64,000 nt of DNA from Elusimicrobia bacterium GWB2_63_16. Lineage in GTDB: Bacteria; Elusimicrobiota; Elusimicrobia; Elusimicrobiales; UBA9959. The stretch is from positions 35,420 through 99,419 of the forward strand of contig MGTZ01000041.1 of NCBI GenBank assembly GCA_001799715.1, read 5' to 3'. Shown one piece after another: positions 19,833-30,429 of the stretch. The position numbers were made by a program, and so were the translations under genes. Positions within the stretch are counted from its first letter, which is position 1. Each line of letters opens with the position of its first letter. Below the pieces are notes generated by a model. It searched no databases. It was not told where the DNA came from and saw only the letters and a program-made list of their open reading frames with translations.

Positions 19833-20861
19833 ATGACCGCTTCTAAAAAAGCTTCCAACCTGACCCTGCTGGCTCTGTTGGCCGTCTTCCTGGGCATCTT
19901 CATCGCCATGATCTGGCCCTACCTGTTCGCCCTGTTCATGGGCCTGCTGCTGGCCATACTCAGCCGGCCGCTCTACGAGGCCCTGGCCGCGCGCCGGCTC
20001 GGGCCGCGCACGGCCGCCGGGCTGACGATGGCGATAATACTGCTGGCCATCATCGCGCCGCTCTCCGCCTTCGCCGTGACCGCCGTTAAACAGGCCATCG
20101 CGCTGGCCGCTTACCTGGCCGACGAGCGCGGGGCCGAGTTCATCCGCCAGGCGGTGGCCGCCGTCACCGCGCTGCGCCCCGTGCAGTGGGTTATAGCCAA
20201 CCCCGTGGACCTGCAGGCCAAGGGCCTGGAGTTCGCCCAGAGCGCCGGGGCCGCGCTGAGCACCATCATCCTGGTGCAGGCCGCGGCCCTGCCCGAGCTG
20301 GCCCTTAAGGTTATCCTCTCGCTGCTGGCCTGGTTCTTCCTGCTGTTCGAGGGGGAGGGCTTTATGAAGTGGCTGATAGGCAAAGTGCCGATGGACTCCG
20401 CGCTGAAAGGCCGCCTGACCGCCGCTTTCCGCGCCACCGCCGCCTCTACCGTGTGGGCCACCTCGGCCGCCGCGGCCGCGCAGGCGCTGGTGGTGATGCT
20501 GGGTTTCCTGCTGTTGGGCGTGCCCGGGGTTTTCCTGGCCGGCGGGGCCACTTTCATCTTCGCCTGGATACCGATACTGGGCAGCATGCCGGTCTGCGTG
20601 GCTGCCGCCGTCTATCTCTATTTCAAGGGTTCCATGGCCAAGCTGGTGCTGATGGGCCTGGTGGCCGTGGTGGCCGGTCTGATGGACAACGTGGTGCGGC
20701 CCATAGTAATGAAAGGCCACGGGGACATGCACCCGCTGCTGGCGCTGGTCTCCATTTTCGCGGGCATCAGGATGTTCGGCCTGCTGGGCGTGATCTTCGG
20801 TCCCATAGTGGCGGCCATGCTGCTGGCCCTGCTGAATTCCTGGCAGCTGCAGGCAGATTGA
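19833..20861 (+). CDS. AI-2E family transporter
   Basis: Multi-TM; DNVVRP, HPLLALVSIFAG..FGLLGVIFGP; RBS GGAGG. Confidence 0.9.
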   Translation: MTASKKASNLTLLALLAVFLGIFIAMIWPYLFALFMGLLLAILSRPLYEALAARRLGPRTAAGLTMAIILLAIIAPLSAFAVTAVKQAIALAAYLADERGAEFIRQAVAAVTALRPVQWVIANPVDLQAKGLEFAQSAGAALSTIILVQAAALPELALKVILSLLAWFFLLFEGEGFMKWLIGKVPMDSALKGRLTAAFRATAASTVWATSAAAAAQALVVMLGFLLLGVPGVFLAGGATFIFAWIPILGSMPVCVAAAVYLYFKGSMAKLVLMGLVAVVAGLMDNVVRPIVMKGHGDMHPLLALVSIFAGIRMFGLLGVIFGPIVAAMLLALLNSWQLQAD

Positions 20862-20867
20862 GGTTGA

Positions 20868-20946
20868 GGGGACGCTGATTCCTAATTCCGCACCTATTAC
20901 GGTCAGTTTGTTTGAAAATAATTAGGAATTAGGAATCAGCGTCCCC
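20868..20946. repeat. REPIN/MITE-like 22-bp perfect inverted repeat
   Basis: GGGGACGCTGATTCCTAATTCC (20868-20889) / GGAATTAGGAATCAGCGTCCCC (20925-20946), with a 35-nt AT-rich spacer. Confidence 0.8.
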
Positions 20947-21055
20947 ATAGGTCCAAAGGCCTAGGCCCCCGTTTACCTTAAGACCCGTGCGGGGGCCGGC
21001 GCAATACCGCTATAATTAAATAGCGGCAGTTAAAACTAGATAATAAGGCGGCTGA

Positions 21056-22258
21056 ATGAAGAAAATTAACTTCCTGTCCCTGCTCCTGCTCGGTTCCATG
21101 GCGTCCAATGTTTTCGCCCTGGACCTCAATAAACCCCTTCCCAACTGGATAGATAAAGACCGCGAACAGGCCGACGGCAAGCCGCCGGTCATGCTGCCCA
21201 CGCGGCGCGGCGTCACCCCTTCCGACTTCCGTATGCCGGCCGAGTACGAGCCTGTCTCGGCCGTGGCCATAGGCTGGGCCGCTTACACGCCCATGCTGAC
21301 CGGCATCGCCAAGGCCGTCACCGGCATCGCCAAGGCGCAGCTCTGGGCCGTCGGCGGCCCCTCCTCCATCTCCGGCGTCCCCGCCTCCAGCTATACCAGG
21401 ATCCCCGCCCCGCTCGACACCGTCTGGATGCGCGACTACGGCCCCTTCGGCGTGGCCGGCGGCAAGCCCGGCATCGTGGACTCCATCTACCGCCACTACC
21501 AGTACCGCCGCAACGACGACGCCGTCCCCGGCGTGCTGGGCCGCGCCAAGAACATCGGCGTGTACGGCATGCCTATCATCATGGACGGCGGCAACCTGAT
21601 GGTCGACAGCCAGGGCACCCTCTTCCACACCAACCGCACCTACCTCTGGAACTCCAATATGAGCCGCGACCAGGTGGACAATCACCTGAAGAACTACCTG
21701 AAGGTCAAGAAGATCGTCACCTTCGACTACGCCGGCTACCCCGGCGAGCCGGCTGACGGCACCGGCCACATCGACATGTTCGTGAAGCTGCTCAACGACA
21801 ACACCGTGCTGCTGGCGGTGACCGAGGACGAGCCCTTCAAAACCGCCTGCGACAAGGCCATGGCCTGGTTCAAGGCCAACAAGGCCCCCAACGGCCAGCC
21901 TTACAAGATCCTTACCGTGAAGGCCTGGGCCACCGACGCCTGGTATACCTACACCAACTCGCTGGTGGTCAACAACGTGGCCATCATCCCTTCGTACTCG
22001 GTCTCGACCGAAGAGGCCAAAGCCAAGGCCGCCTACGAGGCCGCCGGCTACACCGTGGTGCCGGTGCCCTCCGACGACAGCATAGTCGCCGGCGGCTCCA
22101 TCCACTGCGTGACGCAGACCATCCCCGGCGCGCCCGGTAAGGCCGTCGACATGACCGCCATCCCCGAGTTCGACGGCGGTGTGGCCGTGGAAGTTCCCCT
22201 GGCCCCGCTGACCAACGGGTCCTCCAGCTCGGTTAACCAGCTGCTGCAGGGCTTCTAA
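21056..22258 (+). CDS. Secreted agmatine/peptidyl-arginine deiminase family protein
   Basis: RMPAEYE, WMRDYGP, DGGN, GHID, GGSIHCVT motifs; signal peptide. Confidence 0.9.
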   Translation: MKKINFLSLLLLGSMASNVFALDLNKPLPNWIDKDREQADGKPPVMLPTRRGVTPSDFRMPAEYEPVSAVAIGWAAYTPMLTGIAKAVTGIAKAQLWAVGGPSSISGVPASSYTRIPAPLDTVWMRDYGPFGVAGGKPGIVDSIYRHYQYRRNDDAVPGVLGRAKNIGVYGMPIIMDGGNLMVDSQGTLFHTNRTYLWNSNMSRDQVDNHLKNYLKVKKIVTFDYAGYPGEPADGTGHIDMFVKLLNDNTVLLAVTEDEPFKTACDKAMAWFKANKAPNGQPYKILTVKAWATDAWYTYTNSLVVNNVAIIPSYSVSTEEAKAKAAYEAAGYTVVPVPSDDSIVAGGSIHCVTQTIPGAPGKAVDMTAIPEFDGGVAVEVPLAPLTNGSSSSVNQLLQGF

Positions 22259-22273
22259 GACTTAAAGCCCCCT

Positions 22274-22312
22274 AAAAAGAAAACCGCCGGCAAAACCGGC
22301 GGTTTTTCTTTT
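22274..22312. terminator. Bidirectional intrinsic terminator
   Basis: A-tract, ACCGCCGG-CAAAA-CCGGCGGT, T-tract between convergent genes. Confidence 0.8.
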
Positions 22313-22325
22313 GCCAGGCCGGGGC

Positions 22326-22772
22326 CTATTTCGAGAGGAGCTTGTCCCTGAGGGATCTCTGCATGGCGGCCAGGCGGCGTATGCTGGAGGGGATGACCAG
22401 CACGGTGTTGTCGCCGGCCACGGTGCCCAGCACCTCGGGCAGGCGCTGCGAGTCTATGTATTCGGCCACGGTGCCGGCGGCGCCGGGCAGGGTGCGGATG
22501 AGTACCAGCGTCTCGTTGGCGCCGATGTCGGTGACGCTGGCCCCCAGCAGCGTGCGCAAGGGGGGGACGGCCCCCGGCGCGGTCAGGGCGTAGCGGCCGC
22601 CGTCGGGGCCGGGCACCCAGGAGACGCCCAGGTCTTTGAGGTCGCGCGACAGCGTGGCCTGGGTGACCTTGCAGCCTTCCCGCGCGAGCTCGCGGCGCAG
22701 GTCTTCCTGGCTGCCCACCATGCCGGCGGCTATGATCTTCCTTATGCAGTAGAGGCGTTCGGTCTTGGTCAT
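22326..22772 (-). CDS. argR: Arginine repressor
   Basis: SQEDL, VTQATLSRDL, GTVAGDNT. Confidence 0.95.
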   Translation of the reverse strand: MTKTERLYCIRKIIAAGMVGSQEDLRRELAREGCKVTQATLSRDLKDLGVSWVPGPDGGRYALTAPGAVPPLRTLLGASVTDIGANETLVLIRTLPGAAGTVAEYIDSQRLPEVLGTVAGDNTVLVIPSSIRRLAAMQRSLRDKLLSK

Positions 22773-22789
22773 GCTTTCCTTTGGACGCT

Positions 22790-22827
22790 ATTGCATAATT
22801 ATACAGGATTTTGTATATTTATTCAAG
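22790..22827. promoter_or_regulatory. Tandem ARG boxes
   Basis: TGCATAATTATACA (22792-22805) and TGTATATTTATTCA (22812-22825) between divergent argR and argG. Confidence 0.85.
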
Positions 22828-22865
22828 ACCCGGCCCCGCCCGGACATATATAAGGAGAGCGATAA

Positions 22866-24103
<1,238 letters not shown>

Positions 24104-24104
<1 letters not shown>

Positions 24105-25279
24105 TGAAACTCTGGGCCAAGGGCTATGACCTGGACAAGGATATAGAGTCCTTCACGGTGGGGGACGACTATATACTGGACCGCCGGCTGGTCAGGCACG
24201 ACTGCGCGGCTTCGCTGGCGCACGCCAAGGCCCTGCGCAAGGCCGGCCTGCTGACCGCTAAAGAACTGGCGAACATCGCCGCCGGGCTCAAGGCCATAGC
24301 GGCGCTGGACGCGGCCGGCAAGTTCAAGATAAAGCGGGAGGACGAGGATTGCCACACGGCCATAGAGAACTGGCTGACGGCGAAATACGGCGAGGCCGGC
24401 AAGAAGGTGCATACCGGCCGCTCGCGCAACGACCAGGTGCTGACGGCCCTGCGGCTCTACGAGAGGGAAACCCTCGGCGAGCTGAAGGCGCGGCTGGCGG
24501 CTTTCTCTGCCGCCTGTAAAAAACTTGCGGCCAAGCAGGGCCGCATACCCATGCCGGGCTACACGCATACGCGCCGGGCCATGCCCACCACGGCGGGCAC
24601 CTGGATAGGCTGTTTCGCCGCCGCCGCGGCCGACGACGCCCGCCACGCGGAGTTCCTGCTCAAGCTGATAGACCAGTCCCCGCTGGGCTCGGCCGCCGGC
24701 TTCGGCGTGCCGGTGCTGAACATCGACAAGGGCTACAGCGCCAGGCTGATGGGCTTCTCGAAAGCCATAGAGAACCCGATCTACGCCCAGTTCACCCGCA
24801 GCAAGTTCGAGCCGGCCGTCATGCACCTGTGCTCGCAGGTCATGCTGACCCTGAACAAGCTGGCCACCGACCTGGTGCTATTCAGCATGCCCGAGTTCGG
24901 CTTCGTCACCCTGCCCGAGAAGTTCTGCACCGGCAGCTCCATCATGCCGCAGAAAAAGAACCCCGACGTGCTGGAACTGGTGCGGGGGAAATACCACGCG
25001 GTGATAGGCGAGGAGCTGAAGGCGCTGTCCCTGGCCGGCAACCTGCCGTCCGGCTACAACCGCGACGCCCAGCTGGGCAAAGGCCCGCTGTTCGCCGCGC
25101 TGGACGCAGCACTCGCCTCGCTCGGCATCATGGCCAAGGTGACCGAGGGTCTGAAGTTCAATAAGGAAAAGTGCGCCCTCGCCCCGGAACTATTCGCCAC
25201 GGAAGAGGCCTACAAGCTGGTAAAAGCCGGCCTCCCCTTCCGCGACGCCTATCGCCAGTTAGCCGAAAAGTTCCGCTGA
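24104..25279 (+). CDS. argH: Argininosuccinate lyase (short form)
   Basis: HTGRSRNDQ, MPGYTH, GSSIMPQKKNPD, GYNRD. Confidence 0.95.
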
Positions 25280-25340
25280 TCACAAGGAGTCGTAAACCCA
25301 AAACCGCCGGCCCAACCCCCGGCGGTTTTGTTTTGGCTGC

Positions 25341-25374
25341 CCGACACTCCCTTGTCGGGGTCGCCTGTTAGGAT
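25341..25374 (+). promoter_or_regulatory. Putative WYL-activator (-26) promoter of ORF6N gene
   Basis: CCGACA-N6-TGTCGG-N10-TAGGAT. Confidence 0.7.
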
Positions 25375-25396
25375 ATTTGTGAACAAGGGGGGGTAT

Positions 25397-25918
25397 ATGC
25401 CGAAAAAAGAGATCGCCGGTCAGGTGGAGATAGAAGACCGGATATTCCTGATGCGTGGCCGCCGGGTTATGCTGGACGCGGACCTCGCGGTCCTGTATGG
25501 CGTCAAGACCAAGTATCTGAACCAGCAGGTGAACCGGAACAGCGGCAGGTTCCCCGGGGCTTTCATGTTCAGGCTTACGCTCCGGGAAAGGGACGAACTG
25601 GTTGCAAATTGCAACCGGTTGTCCGGGCTTAAGCATTCCAGCACTATGCCCCGCGCTTTTACCGAGCACGGGGTGGCAATGCTTGCCAGCGTGCTCAGGA
25701 GCGCTATCGCGGTAAAGATAAGCGTAAGCATAATAGAGACTTTCATCAGGCTGAAGGAGATGTTCTCCGCCCATAAGGAACTGGCTGAAAAACTAAGGGC
25801 CTTGGAGCAGAGGATCGCGAGCCATGATGCGGAGATCGGCACTTTGTTCGACGCTATACGTTCCCTGATGCCAAAAGAGGACGATGCCACCAGCCATCAG
25901 ATCGGTTTCCGGCCGTGA
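25397..25918 (+). CDS. ORF6N-domain DNA-binding protein
   Basis: RGRRVMLDADLAVLYGV, RFPGAFMFRL, PRAFTEHGVAMLASVL, terminal IGF. Confidence 0.92.
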   Translation: MPKKEIAGQVEIEDRIFLMRGRRVMLDADLAVLYGVKTKYLNQQVNRNSGRFPGAFMFRLTLRERDELVANCNRLSGLKHSSTMPRAFTEHGVAMLASVLRSAIAVKISVSIIETFIRLKEMFSAHKELAEKLRALEQRIASHDAEIGTLFDAIRSLMPKEDDATSHQIGFRP

Positions 25919-25970
25919 GTTTGTGGCGTATGGGGATTACAAAAGCCGGGGCGGGGCCGGCGGTTTTGTT

Positions 25971-26144
25971 TTAGGGCTGGGCCCGGGCGAGGGAGCTTAC
26001 GTAAACGCCGATGTAGTACGGCCAGAGGATGAGGGCGAGCGCGCCTTTCCAGAAAGCGAGCTTCAGGAAGCCGACGGTGAAAAGCCAGCCGGCTAACCAG
26101 GAGAGGCCGGTAGCGCTCTGATTCGTGATTTTTATCTTTTCCAT
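25971..26144 (-). CDS. 57-aa membrane protein missing from the ORF track
   Basis: Manually translated: MEKIKITNQSATGLSWLAGWLFTVGFLKLAFWKGALALILWPYYIGVYVSSLARAQP*. Confidence 0.7.
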   Translation of the reverse strand: MEKIKITNQSATGLSWLAGWLFTVGFLKLAFWKGALALILWPYYIGVYVSSLARAQP

Positions 26145-26249
26145 GGGTAAATGATATCACAATGACCGGGGGCTTGGCAGGCGGCCGCGGGCGGCTTATC
26201 AGCGGCGCCCTGAAATGTTATCATTGCGTTGGCGCCGGGCGGCGCCGCT

Positions 26250-27773
26250 ATGAAGCGCATTAAAAACGCCAAAAGATCCGCGGCGCGGGGTAAACCGGGC
26301 AGTATGCCCGCCACTTACCGCGTGCTGGCCGAGGGGCTGCGCCGGGAATACTTCTTCTACCGCCACGGCACCGACGGCGTTTTCACCTACGTCAGCCCTT
26401 CCATCGCCGCCGTGCTGGGCTACACGCGCGCGGAATTCCTGCGGCATTTTTCCGATTATCTCACGGATTCCCCGGTCAATAAGGCCGTCCTGGCGCGCAC
26501 CCGCCAGAGCATACTCGGCCGCCGCCAGCCGCCTTACGAGGTGGAAATCTTCCACAAGGACGGGGGCGTGCGCACGCTCGAGGTTCTGGAAGTGCCGGTG
26601 CGCGAGCGCGGCCGCGTGGTGGCGGTGGAGGGCATAGCCAGGGACATAACCCTGGAGAAGCGGGCCGGAGAAAAAATGGCCGCGGCCCGGGCCGAGGCCG
26701 AGGAGCGCGAGCGCCTGGTGCTGCGGCATTCCGGCGACGGCATCATCGGCACGGACGCCGCCGGCCGGGTCATCTTCATGAACGGCGCGGCCGAGCGCCT
26801 GCTGGGCTGGAAGCCCCACGAGCTGGCCGGCCGGCCGCTGCATCCCGCCATACATTACAAGCATGCCGACGGCACGCCTTACCCCGCCACCGTCTGTCCC
26901 ATGAACGCGGCGATGCGCCGCGGCAAATCCTCCCGGGTGGAAGGGGAACTGCTCTGGCGCAAGGACGGCAGCAGCTTCCCCGTCAGTTACTCGGCGCACC
27001 CTATCTGGCGGGCCGGCAAGCCGGACGGCGCGGTTATAACTTTCCAGGACATCACGGAGCGCAAGCGCCTGGAAGAATCGCGGGATTTCCTGGTGCATGC
27101 CCTGGTGCATGATCTCAACAACCCGCTGGCGGCGATAGTGGCGGCGGCTGAAATGGCCTATGAATGCCCGGCCGGCCTGGCCGTCTGCGCCAACCGCGAG
27201 GAGATCGGCATCATTCACGGCGCCGCCATGGACATGAAGCGCCTGCTTTCCGATATACTGGACATTAACCGCATGGAGTCCGGGCATCTGCGCCTGGCAA
27301 GGCGCCGGCTGCGCCCCTCCGCCCTGGCCGCCGCGGCCGTCCGTCCCATCCGGGTGCTGGGCGGCTCGTCCGGGAAGAAGGTCGACGTGGCCGTCAGCCC
27401 CGGTCTGCCCAGGATCAACGCTGATATCGTGGTGCTGCGCCGCGTCCTGGAGAACCTGCTGGGCAATTCGCTCAAATTCACGCCGCCCGGCACGGCTGTA
27501 AAGCTTGCCGCCGCGCGTAAAGGGAAATTCGTGGTTTTCTCCGTATCGGATTCCGGGGCCGGGGTCAGGCCGGAGAACCTCGATCGCATTTTCGACAAGT
27601 ACTTCCAGTCGGACCAGCCGGCCGAGATGGCCCGCAAGGGTAAGGGGCTGGGCCTGACCTTCTGCCGCCTGGCGGTAGAGGCGCACGGCGGCAGCATCAA
27701 GGCTGAAAATCTCGCAGGCGGCGGCTGCCGGGTCAGCTTCACGCTGCCGGCCGACGGCGCCGCTGAAAAATAG
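26250..27773 (+). CDS. Cytoplasmic two-PAS sensor histidine kinase
   Basis: Two PAS/PAC domains, HDLNNPL, ENLLGNSLKF, DSGAG, GKGLGL. Confidence 0.92.
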   Translation: MKRIKNAKRSAARGKPGSMPATYRVLAEGLRREYFFYRHGTDGVFTYVSPSIAAVLGYTRAEFLRHFSDYLTDSPVNKAVLARTRQSILGRRQPPYEVEIFHKDGGVRTLEVLEVPVRERGRVVAVEGIARDITLEKRAGEKMAAARAEAEERERLVLRHSGDGIIGTDAAGRVIFMNGAAERLLGWKPHELAGRPLHPAIHYKHADGTPYPATVCPMNAAMRRGKSSRVEGELLWRKDGSSFPVSYSAHPIWRAGKPDGAVITFQDITERKRLEESRDFLVHALVHDLNNPLAAIVAAAEMAYECPAGLAVCANREEIGIIHGAAMDMKRLLSDILDINRMESGHLRLARRRLRPSALAAAAVRPIRVLGGSSGKKVDVAVSPGLPRINADIVVLRRVLENLLGNSLKFTPPGTAVKLAAARKGKFVVFSVSDSGAGVRPENLDRIFDKYFQSDQPAEMARKGKGLGLTFCRLAVEAHGGSIKAENLAGGGCRVSFTLPADGAAEK

Positions 27774-27942
27774 GTTTCTGTCCCCGGGAAAGCCGCCGGA
27801 AGTCCGGCGGCTTTTTCTTTTTTACCGCCTTAGGGCCCGCGCCGCGCCTGGGTCCAATACCGGCGGCCGCCTGGGTACTAAGCACCTATTGGCCGCCGGC
27901 CGCTTTTCATATCATTATTATATGGTGTCAGCAGGAGGCAGA

Positions 27943-28926
27943 ATGAAGAACAGGGTAACTTTCTTTGCAGCGGTGTTGCTGGTTTTTTCCGCCGCGGCCC
28001 GCGCCGCCGAAGTGAATTTTGACAATCCCAAGGCCAACGGCGCCCTGGACCTGATGCAGGAGGCCGCCGATCTCAAGGGCCCTCACCAGCCCTCGAACGG
28101 CCCGCAGCAGGCACCCAAGCCCCCTAAGCCGCCGCAGCCCGGCCACCCCGGCCATCCCGGCTGGAACCCGAATATGCCGCCCCCGCCTCCGCCCCCGACG
28201 CAGTATAATTTCGGCGGCTACCGCGACAGCTGCCGCACCTTCACCTTTACCGCGCAGAGCCCCCTGACGCTCAACGAAGAAATGATACTGGAGGAGTACG
28301 GCCAGGAATGCCAGAACTTCGGCCAGGGCTTCACCGGCCCTTGCCGTCCCGCCAGCCGCTACCACCGCCGCAAGGTGACCGTGGAAGTCGGCCGCCGCCA
28401 GCTGGAATCCTGGGAGACCGAGCGCCTGGAACTTTGCATGAAGGGCCCCAAGCGCATAGACGCCAATATCGACGGCATGCTCTACGATTACGCCGTGGCG
28501 GTGCGCAACGACGACGGCATCTTCAAGCGCTCCACCGTCTTCACGCTCACCCCCGGCGCCAAGAAGCCCGCCAGGCCGGATTCGAAGGAGCTCGCCATCG
28601 GCTTTACCGGCGTGACCGCCGCCGGCGACGTGCGCATGGTGCTGGCCGACAGCCGCGCCGAGTATTTCCGCGACGGCACTATCACCATCACCGCCGACTG
28701 CCTGCGCCTGCCCGAGATAACGCAGAACATGCCGGTGGAGGACCTGCTCGACGGCTTTACCAAGTACAACGTCACGCAGACCTTCGCCGTGGCGGGCACC
28801 TACGAGCTGAAGCTCTCCGATACGCCCAAGCCCGGCAAGTACATGGTCACCGTGAAGTTCTCCCGCTCCGGCCCGCTGTCCTCCGGCGCCGAGGCCACGA
28901 TCATCGGGAGTTTCGAGATCCGCTAG
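27943..28926 (+). CDS. Secreted hypothetical protein with Pro-rich linker
   Basis: RBS AGGAGG, signal peptide, PGHPGHPG and poly-Pro tract. Confidence 0.8.
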   Translation: MKNRVTFFAAVLLVFSAAARAAEVNFDNPKANGALDLMQEAADLKGPHQPSNGPQQAPKPPKPPQPGHPGHPGWNPNMPPPPPPPTQYNFGGYRDSCRTFTFTAQSPLTLNEEMILEEYGQECQNFGQGFTGPCRPASRYHRRKVTVEVGRRQLESWETERLELCMKGPKRIDANIDGMLYDYAVAVRNDDGIFKRSTVFTLTPGAKKPARPDSKELAIGFTGVTAAGDVRMVLADSRAEYFRDGTITITADCLRLPEITQNMPVEDLLDGFTKYNVTQTFAVAGTYELKLSDTPKPGKYMVTVKFSRSGPLSSGAEATIIGSFEIR

Positions 28927-28938
28927 GCGGCTCCGCCC

Positions 28939-28977
28939 AAAGAAGAACCCCGCGTTTTAGCGCGGGGTTCTTCTTTT
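28939..28977. terminator. Bidirectional intrinsic terminator
   Basis: AAAGAAGAACCCCGCG-loop-CGCGGGGTTCTTCTTT. Confidence 0.8.
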
Positions 28978-29065
28978 ATCCCGACAAGCCCTTGTGGTTG
29001 TGTCCGTAGCGGCGCAGGATAGCGAAGTCCACCCGGGTTGCCCCTCCGCGGCCATCTTCTTCCAG

Positions 29066-29103
29066 CAACCCGACAAGCCCTTGTCGGGTTGGCCTGCTAT
29101 GCT
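29066..29103 (+). promoter_or_regulatory. Orphan copy of the -26 promoter motif
   Basis: CAACCCGACAA-GCCC-TTGTCGGGTTG perfect palindrome; TGTCGG-N10-TATGCT. A degenerate copy lies at 28981-28998. Confidence 0.6.
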
Positions 29104-29124
29104 ATGGGTATGGGGCAGGGGATA

Positions 29125-30117
29125 TTAAACAGGTTTTGCGGCCGGCTCTACGGCCTTAAAGGCGCCGTCCACGACCACTTCCAGGGTGTCGTCGAGGTCG
29201 GTGCGGAACACTTTGGCGCCCGAGCCGAGCAGGCGGCCCAGCGCGTCCTGCGTTGGGTGGCCGTAGTTGTTCTTGCCTACCTCTATGTAAGCCCTGGCGG
29301 GCTGTACGGCCTTCAGGAAGGCGTTGGTGGAGGAGTACTTGCTGCCGTGGTGGCCGACCTTCAGCACGTCGGCGCGCAGCTCGGCGCCGTACCTGGCGGC
29401 CAGCAGTTCCTCGGTCTCGCCCTCGGTGTCGCCGGTGAACAGCATGGAGGAGCCGTTATAGGAGAGCTTGAACATGATGGAGCAGTTGTTGATGACCTTG
29501 CTGGTCTTGCTGGCGGACTCGACCGGGCAGGAGTTGAAGACCTTGATCTCCACGCCCGGGGCGCTCCAGTCCAGCCTGTCGCCGGGGGCGGGGTAAACGG
29601 TGTTGACGCCCAGCGCGCGCACCTGGTCGCGCAGGGTGTTGTCGGCGGCGGCGCCCTTGTTGTCCAGGCGGGTGTCGTAGAAGTTCTCCACGGTTATGTT
29701 GGAGAAGACGTACTGCAGGCCGTTGTAATGGTCGCTGTGGGGGTGGGTGAGCACCACGTGGTCAATCTTGGAGACTTTCTTGGCCGCCAGGAACTTGGCC
29801 AGGCCGCCGTCGGCGGCGCGGGAGGGGCCGCCGTCTATCAGGGCGTTGCGGCCGCCGGGCAGTTCCATATAGATGGCGTCGCCCTGGCCGACATTAAGGA
29901 AATATACATTAAGGCCGGGGCCGGCGGCGTAGAGGGTGGCGTCCTGCGGGGGCGGCGCCAGCGGTATCTCCACCGCGGGGGCGGCGGCCAGCAACTGGCC
30001 GTAGGCCTGTGCGGCGGCGGAGGGGGCAAAATGGAATACGGTTAGGAAAAGAAGAAAGGCCGAAAGGGCTGCTTTGAATACTGCGGGGACTGGAGAGTTC
30101 TGGTTCACGCGATGCAT
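29125..30117 (-). CDS. Secreted MBL-fold hydrolase (ComEC/Rec2 C-terminal-like nuclease)
   Basis: NVGQGD, THPHSDH, NNCS, LFTGD, LKVGHHGS, NNYGHP, RTD; signal peptide; no ComEC membrane domain. Confidence 0.9.
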   Translation of the reverse strand: MHRVNQNSPVPAVFKAALSAFLLFLTVFHFAPSAAAQAYGQLLAAAPAVEIPLAPPPQDATLYAAGPGLNVYFLNVGQGDAIYMELPGGRNALIDGGPSRAADGGLAKFLAAKKVSKIDHVVLTHPHSDHYNGLQYVFSNITVENFYDTRLDNKGAAADNTLRDQVRALGVNTVYPAPGDRLDWSAPGVEIKVFNSCPVESASKTSKVINNCSIMFKLSYNGSSMLFTGDTEGETEELLAARYGAELRADVLKVGHHGSKYSSTNAFLKAVQPARAYIEVGKNNYGHPTQDALGRLLGSGAKVFRTDLDDTLEVVVDGAFKAVEPAAKPV

Positions 30118-30246
30118 ATCCACCTCCCACTGCCTGCGCCGGCGCTTGAAGTAAGTGCGCGCCGCTCGCTCCGGCCCAGTGGTGAATCCGGATTAAGGTC
30201 CGGAGGTGGATGCTTCCCGGCCAATCCCGGGAATTACACAGAAGCC
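30118..30246 (-). ncRNA. Putative structured cis-regulatory 5' leader
   Basis: Promoter TTGAGC-N17-TAACCT (30281-30253); anti-SD AUCCACCUCC pairs with SD GGAGGUGGAU; nested stems. Confidence 0.5.
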
Positions 30247-30429
30247 ATATATAGGTTACGCCGTGAGTTGACTTTGCTCAAGGGCCAAAAGGCCTATGCC
30301 TACATAGGCCCAAAGACCTATATTGGTATAGGCCAACTGTTCGCGCCTTCTGGGTACTATGGGACTGCCCCCTCTGTTTTCGGGGCTGTATAATTGAACT
30401 GTAGATGAAAGCCGGAGCAGGAGAACAAC

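Noticed and set aside
17033..19909. Long opposite-strand ORFs (958 aa here; also 36894-38930, 22788-24092 and others)
   Set aside because: Stop-poor antisense frames typical of high-GC coding DNA, with no motifs.
21295..21334. Tandem ACCGGCATCGCCAAGGC repeat in the deiminase gene
   Set aside because: A short in-frame duplication (TGIAKA twice) with no sign of further function.
28981..29091. Two CCGACAAGCCCTTGT copies as a mini-CRISPR
   Set aside because: Only two short copies and no cas genes; they match the dispersed promoter motif.
30181..30207. Plus-strand GGTGAATCC...GGTCCGGAGG resembling the 5' part of a c-di-AMP riboswitch
   Set aside because: The conserved 3' half is absent; the structure is better explained as the minus-strand leader.
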